53,067 nt of DNA from a virus (taxonomy: Duplodnaviria; Caudoviricetes): IMG/VR virus record IMGVR_UViG_3300049015_000032, positions 1 through 53,067 of that record; one strand, written 5' to 3'. The notes beneath the pieces were generated by a model. That model saw nothing but the letters and a program-made list of their open reading frames with translations. It was not told the DNA's origin and did no database searches. This document shows, in pieces, positions 45,666 to 53,067 of the stretch; position 1 is the first letter of the stretch, and the number at the start of each line of letters is the position of its first letter. A program made the translations under genes and the position numbers.

Positions 45666-46840
45666 TAGCGCATCGCTCCCAGCGCCAGTTCCGCAATCGC
45701 CTCAAAGGTCTGCACGCCATGTTCAATGAACACACGATCAATCGCATACGCCTGCGCCCCGTTGAGAGCGGCCTGGCGTCGCGCATCCGCGTTCGGCGTG
45801 CCCCGTTCCTGGTAGGCGTTTTCAAGCGCATCCGCGATTGCGGGAATCAGCGCTTTGGCGGTCATGGCGTTCTGCCATCCCCAGTCGGGTTCGAAGCGCA
45901 GCAGCTGGCCGCCCATCTGCCCGGCGAGTTCCGCCATCGCTCCAAAATTCGTCACAATCGACGGCGTGCCGCAGGCCGCAAATTCAATGATCGGCACGCC
46001 AAAGCCCTCGCCTTTAGACGGCAGGACGAGCACATCCGCCGCTGCCGCCACCCGCGCCAGCTCTGCCGACGGAATGCTCTGGGTCCGGTAGCGAAAGACA
46101 TCTGCGAGCTTGATGCTGGGATCGTCGTGCAGCTGCAGCGTGCGCAGCATGGCGCCAATATCGATGCCGCCATGCTCACCCCGTTCCGGAATATTGCCCT
46201 CCGGATCGGTGTGCAGATACAGCAGCACGTCCTCATGCTCACGGCGGAAGGGCTGCCAGGCGAACAGCAGCTCGGCAATCCCTTTGCGGCTGGGCAGCGA
46301 GTCGTTCACGCCAATGAAGGCTGCAAAAAACACATTGGGATCGATGCCCAGCGCCTCACGCGCGGCGGCGCGGTCGGCGGGATGCCAGATGGTCGGGTCG
46401 TAGCCGTGCGGCAGATACAGCGGCGTCAGGCCTGCGTTTTGCAGCTCTCGCGCCCCGTCCTGGGTGAGGGCGATGGGACGCACGCAGCCTTTGAGCGCGT
46501 CCACGTTGCGCGGGGACACAGGCCGCGTGTCGATCGGGCAGAAGGGAAACCAGGGGATCTGCCGCATAATCGCAGGCTGCAAGCCCCAGGGATCGACCAG
46601 GCTCACGGCCGCATGGAAGCCGCCGCGCCGGAAGTGTTCGAGCACGCTGTCGCTGCCGAGAGGATCTTTCCCCACAGGCAGGATGTTGACGCCATTGACG
46701 GCGCGCGGCTTGGCGCGCCCCTGCGTCAGTTCGAGCACCTGCACGTCATGGCCGCACGCCTTCAGGCGCGGGATGAGCAGATGGCTCTGGATGGAGTACG
46801 CGCTGTCATACGAATAATTGGAGAGCCAGAGAAGTTTCAT
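45665..46840 (-). CDS. Glycosyltransferase family 4
   Basis: PHGYD, RKG, PSKGEGFGVPIIEFAACGTP. Confidence 0.92.
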   Translation of the reverse strand: MKLLWLSNYSYDSAYSIQSHLLIPRLKACGHDVQVLELTQGRAKPRAVNGVNILPVGKDPLGSDSVLEHFRRGGFHAAVSLVDPWGLQPAIMRQIPWFPFCPIDTRPVSPRNVDALKGCVRPIALTQDGARELQNAGLTPLYLPHGYDPTIWHPADRAAAREALGIDPNVFFAAFIGVNDSLPSRKGIAELLFAWQPFRREHEDVLLYLHTDPEGNIPERGEHGGIDIGAMLRTLQLHDDPSIKLADVFRYRTQSIPSAELARVAAAADVLVLPSKGEGFGVPIIEFAACGTPSIVTNFGAMAELAGQMGGQLLRFEPDWGWQNAMTAKALIPAIADALENAYQERGTPNADARRQAALNGAQAYAIDRVFIEHGVQTFEAIAELALGAMR

Positions 46841-46879
46841 AAATTCCTTTAGCCGTGAGGCTCTTTAGGAGGGGTCATT

Positions 46880-47269
46880 TTATTGGGGTATATAGACCAC
46901 ACGCGCGTCTTTGCCATTCATCAGGTCGTCAGAGAGCACCTCTACCCGATACCCATACAGGCTATACTCACAAGAGATCGCCCACTCGGGATCGGGACGC
47001 TGCCCGTGTAAGGCTCGCGCCCTTTCGAGATTGATAATCGCCTCGTTGGCAGAGGCTGACAGTTCGATCGTGACCGCTGTGCGCTTGTGATCGAACGGCA
47101 GAGCTTTCAATTCTTTCCGGATCCCGGACAGGATCGCGGTCACGTGCGGGTCTTCGGGATAGGGAGCGATTCCCAGCGCCTCACGTGAGAAAAATTTTTC
47201 AGCTTTGATCTGCGTGAGCGATTGCGGGGGCTCAAATAAATATCGAAGAAATCGGAACATCGGCGTCAT
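46880..47269 (-). CDS. Hypothetical protein
   Basis: GAGG RBS. Confidence 0.55.
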   Translation of the reverse strand: MTPMFRFLRYLFEPPQSLTQIKAEKFFSREALGIAPYPEDPHVTAILSGIRKELKALPFDHKRTAVTIELSASANEAIINLERARALHGQRPDPEWAISCEYSLYGYRVEVLSDDLMNGKDARVVYIPQ

Positions 47270-47321
47270 CCCCTCTCTAGAACAGATGACCTTATTATAA
47301 GCGGGAATGAGGTCAATCGAT

Positions 47322-47669
47322 CTATTCCGATTCCAATACCAGCATCAGCGACAGGCCGTTCGTCTGCGCCGTGCTGCTCACGCGGACATACTGATAGCCG
47401 CGTATGGTCTTGAGCGCATCGGTGTCGACCGCGCCCTGGCCGCTGTTGATCGTGATCGCCACCGCTGCGCCATTCGCGCCATACACCGGGCGATACACGC
47501 CGCCCTGGGCATCACCCTTGTTGCTGACCATAAAGCCCAGCGTGCCATTGACGCTGTTCGATAAAGCCAGAACGCCGGAGACAGAATAGCCCTGGAGCGC
47601 AAACTCGCTCGACAGCGTGCCAGCGGCCAGGATGGTGCCGTAGATCTGGTTGTACTTTGGCGTGGGCAT
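47322..47669 (-). CDS. Putative virion (head) protein
   Basis: AAGGAGG RBS; beta-rich; follows the capsid genes. Confidence 0.6.
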   Translation of the reverse strand: MPTPKYNQIYGTILAAGTLSSEFALQGYSVSGVLALSNSVNGTLGFMVSNKGDAQGGVYRPVYGANGAAVAITINSGQGAVDTDALKTIRGYQYVRVSSTAQTNGLSLMLVLESE

Positions 47670-47728
47670 AGAACCTCCTTGAGAGAGGGCGACCCGCAGG
47701 CCGCCCTCTGATCACGTGCGCATAGGGC

Positions 47729-48166
47729 TTAGTAGTGGACGTCCTCGTGGAGAACCCAGACCTCACCCGTGAGATCCAGCGTGGTCGGTTCGATCGTGCC
47801 TGTTTTGCTGTACACCAGGCCAATCGTTGATCCAGCCGGGAAGATGTAGCCGGACTTGCCGCCGTCCTGAGCGAAGTAGCCGCCGCGCTGGCTGACCATG
47901 ACCCCGACGTTTGCCGTCGGGAATGGCGACGCCGCGACGCCGTTGATCATCACCAGCGGCACGAGTGTGCCAGTGGTCAGCGTGCCGCCCACTGTGCCGG
48001 AGCCGCGAAAGGTCACGGCAATCACCGAGCCCGCATAGGGCATCGTGTAATCCACCGCGCCCGTCTGGCCCGCGATGAGCGTGCCGCTGGCGTCCGCCAC
48101 ATTGGTGGCTTGAAACGTGTATTTCTGCACGTTGTACGTGCTGCCGAGTTGCGTTTGAGCGGTCAT
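47729..48166 (-). CDS. Putative capsid decoration/cement protein
   Basis: AGGAGG RBS before MTAQTQ; Gly/Thr-rich; directly after the capsid gene. Confidence 0.65.
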   Translation of the reverse strand: MTAQTQLGSTYNVQKYTFQATNVADASGTLIAGQTGAVDYTMPYAGSVIAVTFRGSGTVGGTLTTGTLVPLVMINGVAASPFPTANVGVMVSQRGGYFAQDGGKSGYIFPAGSTIGLVYSKTGTIEPTTLDLTGEVWVLHEDVHY

Positions 48167-48213
48167 CGTGTCCCCCTCCTGTAGGTGACAATTGCGCTGC
48201 AGATGGCGAGGGA

Positions 48214-50478
48214 TTAGACGCCGATGTTGTAGATGACGGCGGCGCTGACGGTGTCCTGGTTGATCAGGGCCAGACGCACGGTGGCCGTCATCTGGTAGCT
48301 GTCGTAGTACGGCAGGAAATCGACAGACGTGTTGATCTGTCGGCGGTAGCCGAGGGTCCACCCGAGCCGCGCGGCGATGATGATCGTGCCGGTCGTGTTG
48401 TTGGCTGCCGTGTCCAGATCAATCTTGCCAGCGGTGTTGGCGAGCACCAGCTCTTCCGACGGGTAGAGTTCCACGCCGTCGATCTTGGGCACCTGCCCGG
48501 TGTTGACAGTGGCATCGCGGCCATTGTTCATCCACACGTTCAGCTCGTCGATGTTGAGCACCTTGCCGTAGGTGTACGGGTCACAGAACATGACCAGGTT
48601 CATCGGATACAGCGCGTACTTGTTGCCGGCGCTGATCATCTTGAAGCGGGCCTGACGGATCATTTGCAGGGTCGGCGAGGCGCCCCCGGCATTGGCCGCG
48701 ACAGCGGTATTCGTCACCAGCGCCAGCTTGCGCATCCCATTGAAGACGAGGAACTTGTCCGTCGCCGCCGGGGTGCCCGCGATGTCGTTGATGTTGGTCG
48801 AGGCTGTGGTCGTGGTGTCCCCGTTGAGGATGACATTGTCCACCGCATTCAGCATGGCGCGCATCGACTGCTCGCGCAGCTGCGGAATCCAGGGGATGAT
48901 GCTGTCCTCTTCCATTTCGGTCGAGAAACCCACGCGCAGACCCAGCTTGACCGCCGTCAGCGTTTTCTTGGCCGAAGCCAGAACGCTGTCAGGGATCGGG
49001 TTGCCAGAGCCCAGCGAGAGCTGCGATTCACTCATGGTCTCCGGCACCTTGCTGACAGTCGGGTCGGTCGACTCAACCGGCAGCTCGTACACCTGGGCGG
49101 GCATCTCAATCGTGCGGATCGAGGAGGCCACGTTGTTGTCCAGACGGACGCGACGCCACAGATCCGAGGTCCACAGGGTGGGCACCCAGTCAGACGCCTG
49201 GTTGGAGGTCTGCGTGTTGTCGAGTTCATTGTCCTTGATCGCCAGAATGCGATTGGCGGTCTCGGTGTCGAGCGACTTGATCGTCCCCGCCTGGAGGCCG
49301 CGCCGGGTCTTGTCCGCGATTTCACGGATAAAGGCCGGGTCCGGCGCATACGGGTAGCCCGAGCGCATACCAAGCAAACGACGGCGGTCACTCAGGAACG
49401 CCATGTCTTCTGGGGACATGTCCGCATACTTCGAGCGCACCTGCACCACAGGCGGGCGCGGCGACGGAGTGGAAGGATTCTGTCCACCGCCGCCTGGGAG
49501 CGGCGCCGCCGGCGCGGTCCGCATGTGCTGGAAGACGGCGAGGGCGATGGCTTTGGGGTCACTGCCCGCGCTGCGACCAGCCGCGATGGGCGGGTCCTGG
49601 GGCGGCAGATTGGGATCGACCGGGGGATCATCGGCGAGAGTGGCCGGGGGGTCTTCCTCCGGCATCGGTTCGCCCTGTTCGAGGGCGGCGAGTTCGCGCA
49701 TGACGGCCAATTTGGCGGCGTCATCGAGCGACCCAACATTGTCCAGCGCCGCGAGAATCTGCGCGCTGCCCATTTTTACTGCTGTGCTCATGGTGTGTGT
49801 ACCTCGTGATGGAAGTCTTACGGGAGTGCTCGATACGCGATCACGGGGTGGCTCTTTAGCCGGAGTAGGCTCTACTAGCCGTAACGTGTCAGCGGAATCT
49901 TCAGGGTTGGGGGTTTCTTCAATCAGACTTTTCATCGCGGCGCGCAGGATCGAGACCTGCGTCCGGCCTGATTGTTCGGCGGGTTTGGGCGTGAGACTGC
50001 CCTCCACAATCCACCATTGGGTGATCTCGCCATCGTCGGTGCTGCGGACGAGGTGCCCGGCGCTGCCGGAGGACCAGAACAGCTTGCCGCTGACGACCTG
50101 GTCGTAGGCCATGCGCGCATAGCGGCGAATGGCCGGGTCTTCATGGTTGATATCGAGCTGCGCTTCCGCGTACACGCCATGAGCATCCATGCGCAGCGTG
50201 TCGATGATGCCGACGGAACAGACCTTCTGGTCATTCTGGCCGTGATGCACGAGCACAGGCTGATTCTTGTACTGTTCCAGGCCGAAGTCGCAGCGCGACG
50301 TGAAGTATTCACCGTAGCTGTCGCGCTGCTCGGGATTGCCAAAGACGACCAGGTAGCCGCCCACGCGGCCATCGCCTGCCGCCTTCAGCGCGCCGCCGAC
50401 GTAGTACACCGTCTCGGCCAGGCGTGAGTCAAAAACGGGCTGTTCGCCCGTCTGTGGTGGGGTGTGTGACGTTGTCAT
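48214..50478 (-). CDS. Prohead protease / scaffold / major capsid fusion (HK97 fold)
   Basis: N-terminal GYLVVFG..RDSYGE, HHG, SSG, EGSLT..PAE; Pro-rich linker; C-terminal VPTLW..., DNVILNGD, FNG capsid motifs. Confidence 0.88.
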   Translation of the reverse strand: MTTSHTPPQTGEQPVFDSRLAETVYYVGGALKAAGDGRVGGYLVVFGNPEQRDSYGEYFTSRCDFGLEQYKNQPVLVHHGQNDQKVCSVGIIDTLRMDAHGVYAEAQLDINHEDPAIRRYARMAYDQVVSGKLFWSSGSAGHLVRSTDDGEITQWWIVEGSLTPKPAEQSGRTQVSILRAAMKSLIEETPNPEDSADTLRLVEPTPAKEPPRDRVSSTPVRLPSRGTHTMSTAVKMGSAQILAALDNVGSLDDAAKLAVMRELAALEQGEPMPEEDPPATLADDPPVDPNLPPQDPPIAAGRSAGSDPKAIALAVFQHMRTAPAAPLPGGGGQNPSTPSPRPPVVQVRSKYADMSPEDMAFLSDRRRLLGMRSGYPYAPDPAFIREIADKTRRGLQAGTIKSLDTETANRILAIKDNELDNTQTSNQASDWVPTLWTSDLWRRVRLDNNVASSIRTIEMPAQVYELPVESTDPTVSKVPETMSESQLSLGSGNPIPDSVLASAKKTLTAVKLGLRVGFSTEMEEDSIIPWIPQLREQSMRAMLNAVDNVILNGDTTTTASTNINDIAGTPAATDKFLVFNGMRKLALVTNTAVAANAGGASPTLQMIRQARFKMISAGNKYALYPMNLVMFCDPYTYGKVLNIDELNVWMNNGRDATVNTGQVPKIDGVELYPSEELVLANTAGKIDLDTAANNTTGTIIIAARLGWTLGYRRQINTSVDFLPYYDSYQMTATVRLALINQDTVSAAVIYNIGV

Positions 50479-51005
50479 CGGGAGCCTAATTCTTTCTCAA
50501 TGCCATCCGCCAGGGCCTGCTGCCCTTCCTGCTCGATGGTCGCTGTGTTGTCGGCCATGATCGCGTGCAGCTGCCACCAGTGGCCCTTGTGATAGGCCGA
50601 CTGCTGGCTGTCATCACCGATCACGCGCTCGGCATAGGCAATCGTCGTGCCGATCTTGACGGTGACAGAGGACCCGGTCAGGTTGCTGATGGCGCTGGTG
50701 ATCGAGCGGCCCAGCGTGCCGGTGCGCCTATAGGGGATATTGCCTGCTTTGAGAAGCGCGAACACCTTGCCTTGTTGCGCCTGCGATTCAAAGGCACTGT
50801 AAAACAATGATCCATCTTTGGCGCTTGTCCGCAGATAGATCTTAGGGAGCGACTTGCCGGACGGCTTCGGATACTGAGGCACGACGCTTTCCGCCGCAAC
50901 CCCCATGCGCTTGCCCGCAGCGGCCAGGATCTTTTTGCGTGTGTCCACGCTGAAGACGGTCGCCAGCTTTACAAGTTGGGACGTGTCAATCGTTGGGGTG
51001 GCCAT
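50475..51005 (-). CDS. Virion morphogenesis protein (Mu G / HK97 gp10-like)
   Basis: YRRTGTLGRSI...IGTTIAYA motif; lies between MuF and the protease as in Mu gene order. Confidence 0.7.
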   Translation of the reverse strand: MATPTIDTSQLVKLATVFSVDTRKKILAAAGKRMGVAAESVVPQYPKPSGKSLPKIYLRTSAKDGSLFYSAFESQAQQGKVFALLKAGNIPYRRTGTLGRSITSAISNLTGSSVTVKIGTTIAYAERVIGDDSQQSAYHKGHWWQLHAIMADNTATIEQEGQQALADGIEKELGSR

Positions 51006-51014
51006 TGGTTATCC

Positions 51015-53067
51015 TTACAGCACAGGCGTGCCATAACAGCGGCAGCCGGGATGCACGGGAATCGTGATGCCATCCCAACCCCCTTCGAGCGTGCCAATCT
51101 TCCCGGCCAGCGGCTTGCAGGTCGGACAGACATGCGTGTCCTGCACGGTGCGGAACTTCATCCTGGTCACCCCGGCATCCGTCCAGCGCTGGATCGCGCC
51201 TTCGTTGTAGGCGCGGTTGCTTTCGGTCTGGGCAATCAGGGCCGCCCGATCCGGATCGTTAAAGACCGGCTCCAGGAGGCGGGTTAACTCAGACAGCGGC
51301 GCGCCGCTCTCAAGCCACTCGGCGATGATGCGCTGCACGTCGGCGAGGGTTGTGGCATCGATGCCGCGGATCAGCTTGCCGACATACGTTTCGACCGCGC
51401 CAATCGCATCCGTCGGCACAAGCTCCCAGTCGATGTTTAATTCAGCCGCCTTCTGCGGATTGAGGTTGGTGCGCTTGCGGACAAGCGCCTGCTGGCCCGC
51501 GCCCATGCCTGCCATGAAGAGCTTGGCAATCACGCCGGGTTCCTCTGGCGTGCCCGTCCACTGCTGGACCAGATCCGGATGGAAGTCGGTGAGAAGGGCT
51601 TCCACGTCAGACACGCCAATGTCACGGCTGAGGCGGCTTTCGAGCCGACGCCAGACCTCGCGCATGTAATCGCGCAGCCAGTCCGTGCCGAGGGTCTTCA
51701 TGAGGCGGTCGTAATCGCCCCACCACTCCTTCGCCTGGTCCAGTGTCACGACATCCGGGTCATCCGCGACCGTCTTTTTGAGGCGCTCGCGCAGCCCCTC
51801 GAAGAGCTGCCGGACCTGGCCCTTTTCCGCGCAGGCATTGACCTGGGCCACCAGATCGCCCTGCAGCGTGCCCTCGATGACATGAAATTCAAACGCGCGT
51901 TTGGGCTTGCCCCAGCGATTGAGCGTGAATTTCTCATAGGCGGCCAGCTCATCGAGCAGCGGGTCGCCGGACGGCAGATCAGCTTTCATCGGCGCGGGCT
52001 CTTCGGCGGCGGCCTGGATGGTGGCGGGCTGCCCGCAGGACGCGCGGCCAATCACCTCATACTGGCCATTGCGCTTGACAGTCACCTGCACCTCAGACGG
52101 AGACACGCGCAGGCGGCTCTGAAAGGTCACAGGCGGGATGCGCTGTTTGGCGTAGCCGACGGTGACGTGTGGTTTCCAGTTCTGGGGGGCGCTGTGCTGC
52201 ACAGTCTGGATGCCCAGCTGCTGGCAGGCCAGGTAAATATCCTCCTGGTACTCTTCGAGGGTGGCGTCCCGACGGATGCGGAAGTGCAGCGCATGTTCGC
52301 CCACTTTGTCAAAGCTGGCCAGCGATCCGATATTCACGTTGAACTCGGGTGTCAGTATGTCTGCGACGAACTGCGCCAGCTGCTCCGCCGCCGCGTCATC
52401 CACTGCGGGGGCCGAGACCAGCGTGAGATGGAAGGTGTCGGGCGCGCTCCACTCAATCGGGATCGCGCCAAACTTGGTCTTCAGCGTGTTCTGCAGCTGC
52501 AGCAGATCAACGTTGTCACTCAGCGAGAGGATCACCGCCAGACTCTGCGCGTCTTTCTGCGGCTCGGGGGGTGGGTCGGACGGGACAGGCGCAGGCAGCG
52601 CGGGCGGCGTTTCAGGGCTGACCGTCGGCGCGCTCAGGCCAAAGGGTGAGCCGCCAGGCAGCGGCGGCGGCGGCATGGCGCCGAGTTTGTCGGCCGGGGT
52701 CACAATCACCCCGGCCGGAATGTAGAAGACATTGCCGCTGGGAATGGCCTCCATATCGAGCGCCTCGCGGTACTCGTTCACTGTCAGTCCACCGCTGACC
52801 AGCTGGCTGTTGAGCGCAGCGGCTTTGGCCTGTTTGTCTTCGGCGAGGGCCAGCAGATTCTTGGCGTCAAACCAGACCCGCAGACCGGACCGGCGATCAA
52901 AGAAGGGCAGCAGCTCACGGGTCAGATCTTCGGCCAGCTGCTCGGCCTGCGGAATGATCGTCTCCTCGTACAGGCTGATGCGCTGCTCGGGGGCGCTCTG
53001 ATAATTGGCATCATCCCAGGCGCCCGCGACCGACAGCGGCACGCCGAAGCCCGCGCAAATCTCGCGC
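51015..53067 (-). CDS. C-terminal part of the portal fusion: portal end + 2H phosphoesterase (~52030-52550) + MuF head morphogenesis domain
   Basis: LTVNEYRE.L portal end; FHLTL and PHVTVGY; IAQTESNRAYN...CPTC...HPGCRC. Confidence 0.9.
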   Translation of the reverse strand, partial: REICAGFGVPLSVAGAWDDANYQSAPEQRISLYEETIIPQAEQLAEDLTRELLPFFDRRSGLRVWFDAKNLLALAEDKQAKAAALNSQLVSGGLTVNEYREALDMEAIPSGNVFYIPAGVIVTPADKLGAMPPPPLPGGSPFGLSAPTVSPETPPALPAPVPSDPPPEPQKDAQSLAVILSLSDNVDLLQLQNTLKTKFGAIPIEWSAPDTFHLTLVSAPAVDDAAAEQLAQFVADILTPEFNVNIGSLASFDKVGEHALHFRIRRDATLEEYQEDIYLACQQLGIQTVQHSAPQNWKPHVTVGYAKQRIPPVTFQSRLRVSPSEVQVTVKRNGQYEVIGRASCGQPATIQAAAEEPAPMKADLPSGDPLLDELAAYEKFTLNRWGKPKRAFEFHVIEGTLQGDLVAQVNACAEKGQVRQLFEGLRERLKKTVADDPDVVTLDQAKEWWGDYDRLMKTLGTDWLRDYMREVWRRLESRLSRDIGVSDVEALLTDFHPDLVQQWTGTPEEPGVIAKLFMAGMGAGQQALVRKRTNLNPQKAAELNIDWELVPTDAIGAVETYVGKLIRGIDATTLADVQRIIAEWLESGAPLSELTRLLEPVFNDPDRAALIAQTESNRAYNEGAIQRWTDAGVTRMKFRTVQDTHVCPTCKPLAGKIGTLEGGWDGITIPVHPGCRCYGTPVL
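52942..53067. repeat. 126-bp terminal direct repeat, right copy
   Basis: Identical to 20-145. Confidence 0.95.

Noticed and set aside
1-53067. tRNA or rRNA genes and alternative genetic code
   Set aside because: No cloverleaf was noticed by eye, and the genes read intact in the standard code with all three stops used

Overview
The window is an apparently complete, circularly permuted temperate siphovirus-type phage genome of about 52,922 bp. Bases 20-145 repeat exactly at 52942-53067, and the join falls inside the portal gene. The minus-strand late arm runs terS-like (HGGxSTG), terL, a ~989-aa portal + 2H-phosphoesterase + MuF fusion that spans the join, a Mu G-like gene, a protease-capsid fusion, six glycosyltransferases plus a methyltransferase, head-tail and tail genes (with a -1 frameshift chaperone), an atypical lysis region and an O-acyltransferase. 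The leftward early arm encodes a minimal PolX, a DEDDh exonuclease, a tyrosine recombinase and an ASCH protein. The rightward arm encodes two XRE HTH proteins, a replication initiator, ParA, an LmbU-like protein, an HNH-AP2 nuclease, KTSC and a Rad52-like protein. Rep + ParA + an internal recombinase suggest a phage-plasmid. The strongest novelty candidates are: (1) ParA paired with an LmbU-like protein and a dispersed 28-bp palindrome, a possible new partition system; (2) a ~470-nt non-coding run of about 11 hairpins in the control region; (3) the virion-borne Acb1-like 2H domain inside the portal polyprotein; (4) the large glycosylation cluster within the head genes. A Chloroflexota-like host is a weak inference. 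All family assignments come from motifs read by eye; no searches were run.
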